A stretch of DNA of 64,000 nt from Myxococcales bacterium (GTDB lineage: Bacteria > Myxococcota > Myxococcia > Myxococcales > UBA5297): contig DASXVQ010000068.1 of NCBI GenBank assembly GCA_036504155.1, forward strand, positions 57,463-121,462. The letters are read 5' to 3'. Position numbers and translations under genes: made by a program. The notes below the pieces were generated by a model. That model worked only from the letters and a program-made list of their open reading frames with translations, was not told the origin of the DNA and did not search any database. Positions 52,527 to 62,321 of this stretch are shown here, piece after piece. Position 1 is the first letter of the stretch. Each line of letters starts with the position of its first letter.

Positions 52527-52979
52527 TCACCTCGCCATCCACTCGGCCGCGCCCAGCAGGCGCGAGCCGAGGAACAGGCGCACCTGGTAGGTGCCGGTGT
52601 CGGTCGGGGCGAAGACGTCGCGGCCGCGCTCGCTCACCAGCAGCACGTCGCCAGGGCCGAAGCGGCGGTCGTGGTCCAGGTCGGCGACCAGCTCGTAGCG
52701 CAGGCTCCAGACAGACGCGTACTGGACGTGCCGGGCGACGATCTCCACGTGCAGCTCGCTGGCCCAGTAGGTGGGGGCGTCCTGCTGCGCCGGGCCGCCG
52801 TCGGGCGCCCGCAGCGGGCAGTAGCGCAAGGCGAAGAGCCGGTCGCTCCCGCCGACCGTGAGCGCGGGCGGGGCGTCCTCGACGGAGAGGCCGATGACGG
52901 GCGAGCTCTCGTCGTCCTCGACCGGCCCGCAGCTGGCGGCCAAGAGCACTGCGGCAACGGCGGCGGCGGTGGCGCGCAT
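52527..52979 (-). CDS. small lipoprotein, hypothetical
   Basis: ATG 52979 gives MRATAAAVAAVLLAASCGP, which contains a lipobox. 150 aa and beta-rich. Confidence 0.6.
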   Translation of the reverse strand: MRATAAAVAAVLLAASCGPVEDDESSPVIGLSVEDAPPALTVGGSDRLFALRYCPLRAPDGGPAQQDAPTYWASELHVEIVARHVQYASVWSLRYELVADLDHDRRFGPGDVLLVSERGRDVFAPTDTGTYQVRLFLGSRLLGAAEWMAR

Positions 52980-53205
52980 CCATCCACCTCGGAATCCCAG
53001 AGCAGATCGGGAGGAGGCTGGGACTGGCCCCACGAGCCTTCAAGCGCCCCGATGGCTCCTGCCCGTCCAGGGGTGATCGCCTGACCCGGCGGCAGCGGTG
53101 AGCGGCCAGAGTAGGGCGGGGCCCGAGCCGGGCGCGCACAGATTCGCGAGTAACCCAGAGAGTCTGCGCCGGAGGAGGATCCGCTCGGGGGAAGGCTCAC
53201 GCGCG

Positions 53206-54159
53206 TCAGCCTCGGCCGTGCGCCGGATTGCCGCCGAGGCTCCGGAGCGCCGCCGTGCCGTTCGGACTCTGATCCCGCCTGCGGAGGGCGCGCCTCACGA
53301 ATGGCGTCGCCTTCCTCCGGAACCGGCGCTCGGAGCCTTCGATGACCTCGTCCACGCCCCGCGCAATGCGCCGGTCCAGCTCTCGGACGAGCGCGCGGTA
53401 CTCCGTCTTGGGCAGGGCCTTGCGGTGCCCTCGCGCCCAGCGGCGCAGCAGCATCAAGTCGGTGAGCCCGCCGAGCTCCTCGGCGAGGGTCGCCCAGCGG
53501 CCTGTCGCGCCGCCGAGCAACTCGAGCTGGTAGCGGATCTCCTTCACCCGCTTGCGGAACGCATGGAGCGCCTCGTCTTCACGGAGCTCGTCGGCCCGCC
53601 GGCGCGCCGCGCGAAGGCGCCTATAGCTCGCTGCCACTGCCTCTCTCACTTCGGCACGCCGCAGCCGCGACGGCAGCTCCGCCGACAGACGCTCCGGGAT
53701 CGGCGAGATGGCTTGAAGGCCGTGCCGCAGCACGAGCTCGAGCCGCGGCGCTCCCCGAGGGCGGGCCTCGGCGAGCAGGCAGCGCCGCGCCTCCGCGCAG
53801 GCCTTCGACAGCTGCCCATTTTCCTGGAGCTTCTCCAGCGTCTGCAGAAGCACGTCGTCGTCGCGAAATCCGGCCGTGCCCGCGAGGGCGTCGTGCAGTT
53901 CGCGCAGGCAGCGCCTGGTGCAACGCTTCCCCACGAGAGGCTGGACCAGGCGCACCACGGCGCGCACACGATGCAGCGCCTTCCGGTACTCGTGGACCGA
54001 TTCGATTGGTTCGGCCTCGCTCGTCCGCGCCATCTCCCGCGCGCGGCCGATCGCGCCGGAGCATGCCCACCCGAGGGCCAGCGGCAGCGGCAACCGCTCG
54101 TCGAGGTGCAGCCGATCGGGGGAGGGATGTTCGGCCCTAGGCCCTTCGAGGACGTGCAT
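53206..54159 (-). CDS. CHAD domain-containing protein
   Basis: Arg/His-rich helical repeats of the CHAD pattern: VHEYRKALHRVRAVVRL, LHAFRKRVKEIRYQLELL, LGGLTDLMLL. ATG 54159 lies inside the longer ORF. Confidence 0.7.
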   Translation of the reverse strand: MHVLEGPRAEHPSPDRLHLDERLPLPLALGWACSGAIGRAREMARTSEAEPIESVHEYRKALHRVRAVVRLVQPLVGKRCTRRCLRELHDALAGTAGFRDDDVLLQTLEKLQENGQLSKACAEARRCLLAEARPRGAPRLELVLRHGLQAISPIPERLSAELPSRLRRAEVREAVAASYRRLRAARRRADELREDEALHAFRKRVKEIRYQLELLGGATGRWATLAEELGGLTDLMLLRRWARGHRKALPKTEYRALVRELDRRIARGVDEVIEGSERRFRRKATPFVRRALRRRDQSPNGTAALRSLGGNPAHGRG

Positions 54160-54658
54160 GACCCGCCTCTCTCGGCCGCAGCACCCGAATGGTCTGGCTC
54201 GCCTCGGCGCGCTTGATGAGGCGGCGCAGCGCCTCGCGCTCGAGGCGCTCCTCTGCGAGCGGGTCGGTCGAGGCTTTCGCCAGCCGCCCTTCTCCCGCCC
54301 GCACCGCCAGGTCCGCCAGGTGCTCCCAGCCACCTTCGTTCTCGGTCTCGGCCAACTCCAGGATGCGCAGCACGTGTGCCGCATCCCGGGCGGAGGCGAC
54401 GGCCTCCTCGAGGATCCAGCCCTCGCTGCCGCGGCCGCGCTCGGTCCGCAGGGCCTCGCTCGAAGCGAAGCGACGGAGGAGCTCGGCGTGCGCCCTCTTC
54501 TGGCGCAGGGATTCCTGCAGAGGGGCCGTGTCCTCGTCGAACCCCAGGGACTCGAGCTTCTCGAGGGCCCGCTGGTATAGCGAGGCGAGCATCCCCTCGT
54601 AGAGCACGCGTCGCCCCATCGCCTCGAGGAGCGCTCTCCTTTTCGCGGTTGCCGCCAT
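54137..54658 (-). CDS. all-helical hypothetical protein (ferritin-like/DUF892-type is a guess)
   Basis: ATG 54658 gives MAATAKRRALLEAMGRRVLYEGMLASLYQRALEKLESLG.... Glu/Arg/Leu/Ala-rich. Its 3' end overlaps the CHAD start by 23 nt. An alternative start is ATG 54721. Confidence 0.45.
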   Translation of the reverse strand: MAATAKRRALLEAMGRRVLYEGMLASLYQRALEKLESLGFDEDTAPLQESLRQKRAHAELLRRFASSEALRTERGRGSEGWILEEAVASARDAAHVLRILELAETENEGGWEHLADLAVRAGEGRLAKASTDPLAEERLEREALRRLIKRAEASQTIRVLRPREAGHARPRRA

Positions 54659-54784
54659 GGCCGCCTCGTTTCCGGTCGCCTGCAAGCTAGGCAGCCCGAC
54701 GAACGGCAAGGAGGCCCTCATCGGGCGCTGCCTCGAGCGCAATCCCGGCCAGAATTCTCGCGCCACGCCTGTTGATCGGCGTGC

Positions 54785-55756
54785 ATGAGCTCTCTTCCTT
54801 CCAGAGTCGTCGCCGCCTTGGCGGCTATCGCGCTCGCCCTCGGGCTTCAGGGTTGCCACCTGGGCGCCGGGACTTCAGTGCTCGACGGCTCCGAGCTTCA
54901 AGCAGAGGAGCAGCCCTCGCTCCGGTTCGTCGCTCTCGCGGACACGAAGAGCGGGACGGACGTTCTCGCCGCTCTGTCTCGCCAGGCCCAGATGCTCGGC
55001 CCGGCATTCGCCATCGTTCCAGGCGACCTCGAGTCCGCGGGCTTCACGAGGAGCGGCGCCACCGCCTGGAAGAAGGCCATGGACGGCGACCCCCGCGGCG
55101 CCACGAGCGACGGGATGTTCGCGCGGGTCCTCGCCGTGCGTGGAAACCACGACGGCCACGACGCGCGGGGCTGGCTGTCCTTCTTCGAGCCGGCCGAACG
55201 CGTCGCCGCCGCAGGGGGCAGCCACTACGAGGAGACCGACGGCGGCCTCTCCTACTCGTTCGACGTCGCGAACGCCCACTTCGTCGCCGTCGACGTGCCG
55301 GGCGACGTCGACCTGATGACCGCGGCGCAGACGGCCTGGATCGACGGCGACCTGGGACAGGCCGAGGCCCGAGGCGTCACGCACTCGTTCCTCTTCTGGC
55401 ACGGCCCGCTGTGGGGCCTTGCCGACCACTGTTGCGGGTCGACCAACCCCGGGATAGTCGAGGTCTTCAACCGGCATCCGAGCGTCTCCGCGACCTTCCA
55501 CGGTCACGAGCACGTCAACGCCTGGACGCACATCGGCCGCGAACGGTACCCGGGGGCGACGCGCGAATTCGAGCAGCTCGTGAGCGGACGCGCCGGCGCC
55601 GAGCCGGTGCGCTGCCTGCCGGGGCGCGCCGACTACTGCCAGGACGAGCGAGACGGCTTCCTCGTCGTCGACGTGAAGGGGCCGCAGTTCACGGTGAGCT
55701 TCTACGTCCTGGGGCAGGCCGCGCCGGTGCGCCAGCTCTCCTTCTCCAAGCGCTGA
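54785..55756 (+). CDS. metallophosphoesterase lipoprotein
   Basis: Lipobox LALGLQGC. Calcineurin-like motifs: FVALADTK (D-x), PGDLES (GD), RGNHD (GNHD), GHEH. Confidence 0.8.
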   Translation: MSSLPSRVVAALAAIALALGLQGCHLGAGTSVLDGSELQAEEQPSLRFVALADTKSGTDVLAALSRQAQMLGPAFAIVPGDLESAGFTRSGATAWKKAMDGDPRGATSDGMFARVLAVRGNHDGHDARGWLSFFEPAERVAAAGGSHYEETDGGLSYSFDVANAHFVAVDVPGDVDLMTAAQTAWIDGDLGQAEARGVTHSFLFWHGPLWGLADHCCGSTNPGIVEVFNRHPSVSATFHGHEHVNAWTHIGRERYPGATREFEQLVSGRAGAEPVRCLPGRADYCQDERDGFLVVDVKGPQFTVSFYVLGQAAPVRQLSFSKR

Positions 55757-55762
55757 GCGTCG

Positions 55763-56947
55763 TCACTCGCCCAGGCAGGTCTCGACGAGGCGTGCGGTGG
55801 AGAGCCAGGGGTGGTCGGGCGGGACGATCTTCTTGAAGCCGGCGACCTTCTCCAGGCCCACCGGCTCGCACTTCTCGCCCTGGACCGCGACCATCGCGCC
55901 GCTGACGCCCTCCGCCAGGAGCTCGGCGGCGCGCGAGCCCAGGCGCGTGCACAGGATGCGATCGGCTGCCGTGGGGCTGCCACCGCGCTGGACGTGGCCG
56001 AGCGAGGTGACTCGGGCCTCCGTGCCGGTGAGCTGCTGCAGCTGGCGCGCGAAGCGGCTCGCCATCGGCTCCTGGACGAGGTGGAAGGTGGGCTCGTGGG
56101 CGCCGGCGGGCGCCGCGATGACGTCGGCCGCAGGCCCGCCGCGCCCGTGCACTGCGCCCGCCTTCGCCCGGCTCTTCTTCCCGCTCTTTCCGCGCCGTCC
56201 GCTCGCGAGCTCGGACGCCACCTCCGCCTTGGACCGCGCGCCCTCCGCGACGACGATGAGGGAGAAGCGCTTGCCATGGCGGCGGCGATCGAACAGGTGC
56301 TCGGCCACCACGGACAGGTCGTAGGGAATCTCCGGAATCAGGACCACGTCCGCGCCGCCGGCGATGCCCGCTCCGAGTGCCAGCCAGCCGGCGTTGTGGC
56401 CCATCACCTCACAGACGATGAGCCGGTTGTGGGAGGTGGCGGTGGTGTGCAGCCGGTCGATGGCCTCGGTGGCGATGGTCAACGCGGTGTCGAAGCCGAA
56501 GGAGACGTCGGTCCCGGCGACGTCGTTGTCGATGGTCTTGGGCAGGGTGAGGACGTCGAGCCCAGCCTTCTGCAGCACCAGCGCGTTCTTCTGCGTGCCG
56601 CCGCCTCCAAGGCAGACGAGGGTGTCGATGCCCAACCGGGATGCGTTGTCGACCGCGGCGGAGCTCATGTCCAACTCGCGGTCGCCCATGAGCAGCTTCT
56701 GGGGCCTGTCGCGGCTCGTGCCCAGGATGGTGCCGCCAAGGTTCAGGATGCCCGACACCGCGTGGCCGTCGAGCGGGACGGTGCGGTTCTCCACCAGCCC
56801 CCGGAAGCCATCGAGGACGCCGATGACCTTCATCCCGTACTCGGCGATCGCGGCCTTGGCGACGCCGCGGATCGCGGCGTTCAGCCCGGGGCAGTCGCCC
56901 CCCGCGGTGAGAATCCCGATGCAGCGGTTCTTGGAATCCCTGCCCAC
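55763..56947 (-). CDS. pfkA: ATP-dependent 6-phosphofructokinase (with basic Gly/Lys/Arg-rich insertion)
   Basis: [42 protein letters not shown]. Start taken as GTG 56947 (GGAG lies 6 nt upstream); GTG 57004 is the alternative. Confidence 0.9.
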   Translation of the reverse strand: MGRDSKNRCIGILTAGGDCPGLNAAIRGVAKAAIAEYGMKVIGVLDGFRGLVENRTVPLDGHAVSGILNLGGTILGTSRDRPQKLLMGDRELDMSSAAVDNASRLGIDTLVCLGGGGTQKNALVLQKAGLDVLTLPKTIDNDVAGTDVSFGFDTALTIATEAIDRLHTTATSHNRLIVCEVMGHNAGWLALGAGIAGGADVVLIPEIPYDLSVVAEHLFDRRRHGKRFSLIVVAEGARSKAEVASELASGRRGKSGKKSRAKAGAVHGRGGPAADVIAAPAGAHEPTFHLVQEPMASRFARQLQQLTGTEARVTSLGHVQRGGSPTAADRILCTRLGSRAAELLAEGVSGAMVAVQGEKCEPVGLEKVAGFKKIVPPDHPWLSTARLVETCLGE

Positions 56948-56967
56948 GGAGCGCTCCGGTGAAAGGC

Positions 56968-57552
56968 TCAGGCCGCCTTGCGGCGCGCCGTCCCGCGCCA
57001 CCACGGCAGCACCGGCTCCGGCTTGCCGGACCCGACCGCGTAGACCTCGACCTGCGCGTGCCCCAGGCTCCCCAGGGCGGCGTCGATGACCGAAAGCGCG
57101 TAGCCAACCGTGGCGTTCATGGCCTTTCCCCAGCGGTCCACCACGATGATGGGGACCACGGCCGCCGGATCGTCTGCGGCAATCGCGAGCGACTTCGCGG
57201 CTTCCTCCTCCAGCCTCTCCCTGCTGCCGACCGGCTTCGCCTCGACCAGGCAGCGGACGCGCTCGCCTCGGGGCAGGCTCCGGAACTGGCCGATGCTGCT
57301 CAGCACCTGCTCAACGGATCCGCGCCGCAAGCCGGCGCTTCCCGAGACGCTGCAGACGACAATCCCCAGCTTCGCCGGCAGGACCAAGGCGAGGTCCGGG
57401 CGAGGCGTGCGCTTCGCCCCGCCGAGGAACGACCGCACGACGCAGGCGCCCTTCCAGCCGGGGACGCGGCCCTGGACCACCGCCTTGGCGAAGGGCCGCC
57501 GGACGTCCGCCTTCTTGCTGTCGCGTCGTTTTCCGTAAGTGGGGAATCGCAT
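56968..57552 (-). CDS. hypothetical protein (194 aa), first gene of the pfk transcription unit
   Basis: GGAGGAGACC immediately before ATG 57552. Balanced composition. No motif recognised. Its stop lies 20 nt before the preferred pfk start. Confidence 0.5.
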   Translation of the reverse strand: MRFPTYGKRRDSKKADVRRPFAKAVVQGRVPGWKGACVVRSFLGGAKRTPRPDLALVLPAKLGIVVCSVSGSAGLRRGSVEQVLSSIGQFRSLPRGERVRCLVEAKPVGSRERLEEEAAKSLAIAADDPAAVVPIIVVDRWGKAMNATVGYALSVIDAALGSLGHAQVEVYAVGSGKPEPVLPWWRGTARRKAA

Positions 57553-57838
57553 GGTCTCCTCCATGGCCTCGAGAGTCCGCGAACCTGGCCGCGGCCGAAA
57601 CTAGGCGAGGTCCTCGTCGTCCAGGAAGGGCGCTCTCCACGCGGGGGGACCGGCGGTTGAGTTTGCTTCAGATTGCCGCGCTCTCCCTGAGGTCGCGACG
57701 AACGCCAGCTCACGGGGTCGAAGCCGGAAGGCTTGCGACCACCCGCCGCCCCGCGGGCCACGTGCCTCGCGGGGCGTTGTCGTCGAGGGCGACGCGCCCG
57801 ACCGCGCCGGGACCTGCCGTTTTCTGGCAGCCGAGGGA

Positions 57839-58348
57839 ATGTCGGACCCGCCTGCTAGAAAGCAGCTAGTGCCCCCAAAGCACGAGGGAGGGACCGTGAG
57901 GGACGGACAGCCAGGGGAGCAGGGAAGGTCGCAGCAGCAGCAGCAGGGGACGCGGACGCTGGCGCAGCAGCTGGGCGACGAGGCCGAGGAGCGGGCTGCG
58001 CGGTACTTCGAGGAGAAGGGCTTTGCGATCCTCGAGCGCAACTTCGTCTCGCGGATGGGGGAGGTGGACCTCATCGTCGCCAAGGGGCTGCTGCTCTGCT
58101 TCGTGGAGGTGCGCTACCGCAAGTCGATGGCCTTCGGCCGCCCGGAGGAAACGGTGTGCACCGAGAAGCGGCGCAAGGTCATCATGGCCGCGTACGACTA
58201 CGGCCGGAAGCAGGGCCTGCTGGAGAAGCGGTACATCCGCTTCGACGTCGTGGCGGTGACGGGGCGCGGCGAGCGGGCGAGCGTCGTGCACATCGAGGAC
58301 GCCTTCGACGCCGAGCTCCCGCGGCTTGCGCGGACGCCCTTCCTGTAG
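57839..58348 (+). CDS. yraN: YraN-family (UPF0102) endonuclease-like protein with N-terminal extension
   Basis: GDEAEERAARYFEEKGFAILERNF..RMGEVDLIV......FVEVRYR.. is the UPF0102 core. About 45 extra N-terminal residues include Q5. The start is uncertain. Confidence 0.8.
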   Translation: MSDPPARKQLVPPKHEGGTVRDGQPGEQGRSQQQQQGTRTLAQQLGDEAEERAARYFEEKGFAILERNFVSRMGEVDLIVAKGLLLCFVEVRYRKSMAFGRPEETVCTEKRRKVIMAAYDYGRKQGLLEKRYIRFDVVAVTGRGERASVVHIEDAFDAELPRLARTPFL

Positions 58349-58360
58349 AACAAGAGGGGC

Positions 58361-59200
58361 ATGCCTGGAACGCTCTTCTTGGTCGCGACCCCGTTGGGGA
58401 ACCTCGGCGACATCACCTACCGCGCCGTCGAGACGCTGTCGGCCGCCACGGCGATCGTCGCCGAAGACACCCGCCGGGCGCGCATCCTGTGCGAGCGCTA
58501 CGGCATCGAGCGGCCGCTGGTGTCGATGCCGGCGTTCCGCGAGCTGGACCAGGCGGATGCGCTGGTGGCCCGACTGTCGAAGGGCGACACCTTGGCGCTC
58601 ATCACCGACGCCGGGAGTCCGGGCATCAGCGACCCCGGGACGGCGCTGGTGGGCAAGGCGATCGCCGCGGGGATCCAGGTCGTGCCCATCCCGGGGCCGT
58701 CGGCGGCCGTGTCCGCGCTGTCCGCCTCGGGGCTGGCGACCGACCGGTTCTTCTTCGCAGGCTTCCTGCCGCGCAAGGGGACCGGACGGGAACGTGCGCT
58801 CTCGCTGCTCAAGAGGCTCGATGCGACGCTGGTGCTCTACGAGTCGCCGGAGCGGCTGCGAGAGACGCTGGACGACCTGCGGGAAGCCTTCGGCGACCGG
58901 CGGGCGGTGGTGGCGCGAGAGCTGACCAAGATCCACGAGGAGTTCGCCCGCGGGACGCTCTCCGACCTCGCGCAGCGCTTCGCCGGCGAGGTCCGCGGTG
59001 AGATCACCCTGATCGTGGAAGGTGCGAGCAGCGACGCGAGCGAGGCGGCCACGGACGAAGCCATCCTCGCCGAGGTCGAGCGGCGGCTCGCGGCAGGGGA
59101 GGGCTCGGTCAAGGAGATCGCCGGAGAGATCGCCAAGGCGACGGGCCGGCCGCGCCGCGAGGTCTACGACCTGGCGCTCAAGGCGAAGGGACGGAAGTAG
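58361..59200 (+). CDS. rsmI: 16S rRNA (cytidine1402-2'-O)-methyltransferase
   Basis: GTLFLVATPLGNLGDITYRAVETL..., AEDTR, ITDAGSPGISDPG, PGPSA, LYESPERL. Confidence 0.93.
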   Translation: MPGTLFLVATPLGNLGDITYRAVETLSAATAIVAEDTRRARILCERYGIERPLVSMPAFRELDQADALVARLSKGDTLALITDAGSPGISDPGTALVGKAIAAGIQVVPIPGPSAAVSALSASGLATDRFFFAGFLPRKGTGRERALSLLKRLDATLVLYESPERLRETLDDLREAFGDRRAVVARELTKIHEEFARGTLSDLAQRFAGEVRGEITLIVEGASSDASEAATDEAILAEVERRLAAGEGSVKEIAGEIAKATGRPRREVYDLALKAKGRK

Positions 59201-59299
59201 GGAGCCGGCGGTCTCGGGGACCGGGTCGTCAGCGGCCCGGGCCAATCGAGGCCGGGACGCGACGCTTGGAACTCGAGGCGCAGGACAAGCGACCCAGGC

Positions 59300-60670
59300 T
59301 CAGAAGTTCACCACGCCCGTAGCCATGATCTGGAAGACCGTGACCTCGGTGATGCGGAAGCGCCGGCCGGGCATGTCGTAGCGGAAGTCGAAGTTGGGGC
59401 TGATCTCGCCGCTGTGGTTGTCGAGGTCGACGCAGCGGCTGCTGGCGTCTCCGCGGCAGGCGCCGTCCAGGTCCTTGCCCACCGGCTCCGAGGTGAGGAA
59501 GTGCTGGGTGTCGGTGTAGAGGCTGGCGTTGACCCGCAGCTGCACGTACTTGGCGGCGCGGCCGTACACGCCGATGGAGCCGCCCAGCGAGAGGTACTCC
59601 TCGTTGTAGAGCAGCTTGCCGATGGCGTCGGAGAGCTCGTTGTAGGTGCGCCCCTCGCTGATGTAGATGGCGCCCAGCTGGAGGTCGATGCTCACGCTCT
59701 GGAACTTGTCGGGGTTGTCGAAGGGGAAGAACTCGGCGCCGAAGACGAAGCCGCCCACGTGCGGGGGCTTGAGGCCGGTCTCGCTGACCGTCCACGGGCC
59801 GGTGCCGCAGTTCTCCGCGTAGCCCATCAGCTCCGTCTTCTTGGCGTCGTTCATCTGGCAGTTGGTGACGGAGTTGGAGGTGGCGAGGCCGTACGTGTAC
59901 ATGAACTTCAGGTACGGGTCGATCGCACCGAGGCGCTTGGAGATGGCGGTGGAGAAGGAGAAGCGGTGCGCGCCGTCGCCGATGGGGCCCTTGCCGGTGA
60001 TGGCCGCGGTGGTCCAGGGCTTCATCACCGACTCCTTGTCCAGCAGGCCGGTGGGCATCGAGTAGTCGAAGGTCAGGACCCACTTCGGCTTGGTGTCGTC
60101 GCGCCGGTCGGACAGCGGCGCCCAGGCCAGGCCGAAGGAGACGTCGGAGAAGCCGGCGCGGTGCGTCGAGCCCTGGCTCTCGAAGATGGGCTTCGAGCCG
60201 CTGCCGGGGCCGCTGACGCAGGCGGGGTCCAGCACGTTGCCGCGCGGGTCGAGGCAGTTGTTGTGCACGGTGGAGTTGGCGTCGGTGACGGCGAGCGAGC
60301 CGTCGTCGAGCTTCTCCGCGGGGTACCACCACGACTGGTCGTGGTTGAAGACGACCGAGGCGCCGACGTGCAGCTCCAGGTCGTGGAAGAGGCCGATGGC
60401 GAGGCGCATCGGCAGGCTCTGGTGGATGGACTGGTAGCGCAGCTCGAGGACGTCGGCGATGTGCCCGTCCTGGTGGCGCTCGCGGGTGATCTTCCCGCGG
60501 CGCTGGGTGCGCTCGAAGCCGACCCACACGTCGAGGTCGAACGGGTTGTCCTTGTCGAACGAACTGGCGACCCGGGTGATCTCGGCGGCGCCGGCAGGCG
60601 CGGGCGAGAGCGCCGCGGCGGCCAGGCACAGCAGGACCAGGGTCGAACGAGCCACCGAACGAAGGCTCAT
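59300..60670 (-). CDS. outer-membrane beta-barrel protein, hypothetical
   Basis: GGAGGAG RBS before ATG 60670. Signal peptide ...LSPAPAGAAE. Alternating-strand patterns throughout. The C-terminal ...FQIMATGVVNF ends in Phe. Confidence 0.7.
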   Translation of the reverse strand: MSLRSVARSTLVLLCLAAAALSPAPAGAAEITRVASSFDKDNPFDLDVWVGFERTQRRGKITRERHQDGHIADVLELRYQSIHQSLPMRLAIGLFHDLELHVGASVVFNHDQSWWYPAEKLDDGSLAVTDANSTVHNNCLDPRGNVLDPACVSGPGSGSKPIFESQGSTHRAGFSDVSFGLAWAPLSDRRDDTKPKWVLTFDYSMPTGLLDKESVMKPWTTAAITGKGPIGDGAHRFSFSTAISKRLGAIDPYLKFMYTYGLATSNSVTNCQMNDAKKTELMGYAENCGTGPWTVSETGLKPPHVGGFVFGAEFFPFDNPDKFQSVSIDLQLGAIYISEGRTYNELSDAIGKLLYNEEYLSLGGSIGVYGRAAKYVQLRVNASLYTDTQHFLTSEPVGKDLDGACRGDASSRCVDLDNHSGEISPNFDFRYDMPGRRFRITEVTVFQIMATGVVNF

Positions 60671-60797
60671 CACTCCTCCACAGACTGCGGCCAATGCACC
60701 CGTCGCTGAAGGGCGGAGAGCACCTAAGTGCGCGTCAACAGAGGAAGAAGCTACTTGCCCGGGATAGGGGTGTCAACTTCGGGCCGCTGTCGTCCGC

Positions 60798-62177
60798 TCA
60801 AACCTCGCGTAGCCCGAACTCCTTCATCTTGTTCTGCAGGCTCTTGCGGCTGATCTTCAGCTTCTTCGCCGCCTGGGTGACGTTGCCGCCGGTCTCCTCG
60901 AGCGCCTTGGCGATGAGGTCGCGCTCCAGCTCCGCGGCGGCCTGCTTGACGATGTCCTTCATCGAGGCGTCGCCGCCGGCCGGCGTCGCCGAGAGCTGCA
61001 GCGGCACCTTGACCGTGTCGGCTTCCTTGAGCGGCTCGGGCAGGTCCTTGGCCAGGATGACCGGGCCCTCCGAGAACAGGATCATGCGCTCCATCATGTT
61101 CTCGAGCTCGCGGATGTTCCCCGGCCAGCCGTACTCCTGGAGGATCTCCATGGCGTCCGGCTCGAGCGACTGCACCTTCTTGTTCAGCTTCTTGTTGTAC
61201 TTCTCGATGAAGTGCTCGACGAGCATCGGGATGTCGGCGACGCGGTCGCGCAGCGGCGGCAGGGTGATGGGCACCACGTTGAGCCGGTAGAAGAGGTCCT
61301 CGCGGAAGCGGCCCTCGGCCGTCTCCTTCTTGAGGTCGCGGTTGGTCGCCGCGATCAGCCGCACGTCGACCTTGAGGGTCTTGATGCCGCCGACCCGCTC
61401 GAACTCGCTCTCCTGCAGCGCCCGCAGCAGCTTGACCTGCATCTCCACCGGGATCTCGGCGATCTCGTCCAGGAAGAGCGTGCCGGTGTCCGCCAGCTCG
61501 AAGCGGCCCGGCTTGCTCGTCACCGCGCCGGTGAACGCGCCGCGCTCGTAGCCGAACAGCTCGCTCTCCATCAGGTCCTTGGGGATGGCCGCGCAGTTGA
61601 CCCGGATGATCGGCTTGTTGCGCCGCGAGGACCCGGCATGCAGGGCGGTCGCCACCAGCTCCTTCCCGGTGCCCGACTCGCCGGTGATCATCACGGTCGA
61701 GGGGGTGTCGGCGACCTTTTCGATGATCTTGAAAATATCCGCCATGCCTGTGGACGCCCCGACCAGCGCCTGGCGTGCCCGCTCGTCGGCGGCCGGGATG
61801 CTGGTCCGGGAGAGCTCGTGGGTCTTCACCGCCTTGGCGATGACCGACTTGAGCTCCTCGTGCTCGAAGGGCTTGGTGATGTAGTCGAAGGCGCCCAGCT
61901 TGATGGCCTCCACGGCCGAATCCACGGTGCCGTGGGCGGTGATCATGATGACCGGCAGGTCGGGGTCCTCGGCCAGCACGGCCTTGAGCAGCTCCAGCCC
62001 GCCCATCTGCGGCATCACCTGGTCGGTGACGACCACGTCGGCGCCGTTCTTCTTGAGCTCGGCCATCGCCTGCACGCCGTTCTCGGCGACGGCGACGTCA
62101 TAGCCCTCGCGCTTGAGCATCGCGGCCAGCACCTTGCGCAGGTTGGCCTCGTCGTCGACGACAAGTGCTCTCGCCAT
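60798..62177 (-). CDS. sigma54-dependent two-component response regulator (NtrC family)
   Basis: Receiver ALVVDDE...[13 protein letters not shown]...KP. AAA+ core [44 protein letters not shown] 62177 with a GGAG RBS. Confidence 0.93.
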   Translation of the reverse strand: MARALVVDDEANLRKVLAAMLKREGYDVAVAENGVQAMAELKKNGADVVVTDQVMPQMGGLELLKAVLAEDPDLPVIMITAHGTVDSAVEAIKLGAFDYITKPFEHEELKSVIAKAVKTHELSRTSIPAADERARQALVGASTGMADIFKIIEKVADTPSTVMITGESGTGKELVATALHAGSSRRNKPIIRVNCAAIPKDLMESELFGYERGAFTGAVTSKPGRFELADTGTLFLDEIAEIPVEMQVKLLRALQESEFERVGGIKTLKVDVRLIAATNRDLKKETAEGRFREDLFYRLNVVPITLPPLRDRVADIPMLVEHFIEKYNKKLNKKVQSLEPDAMEILQEYGWPGNIRELENMMERMILFSEGPVILAKDLPEPLKEADTVKVPLQLSATPAGGDASMKDIVKQAAAELERDLIAKALEETGGNVTQAAKKLKISRKSLQNKMKEFGLREV

Positions 62178-62321
62178 GGAAGACTCCGACAGTCTCAAAA
62201 GGGCCGTGAACGCTAGCACAAGCCCGATCCCAGGAGGCGGGGAGTCGCTAAGTGCGCGAGATCACGTGCTTCGTTGGTACATAAAGTGGCGAACTGCGCC
62301 GGCGGGAGTAGCCTTTCCGGC

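Noticed and set aside
50552-55756. SMC-like protein plus metallophosphoesterase as an SbcCD/Mre11-Rad50-type nuclease
   Set aside because: The phosphoesterase is a lipoprotein (exported). It lies 2.3 kb away on the far side of three opposite-strand genes. The SMC-like protein has a dead P-loop and TM helices.
62275-62290. sigma54-type promoter TGGTAC-ATAAAG-TGGC between the NtrC-like gene and xerD
   Set aside because: The GG-to-GC spacing is one nucleotide off the TGGCAC-N5-TTGC geometry, and the -12 element reads GTGG, not TTGC. Similar near-misses at about 46770-46790 (TGGACAGACTGCA) have the wrong spacing.
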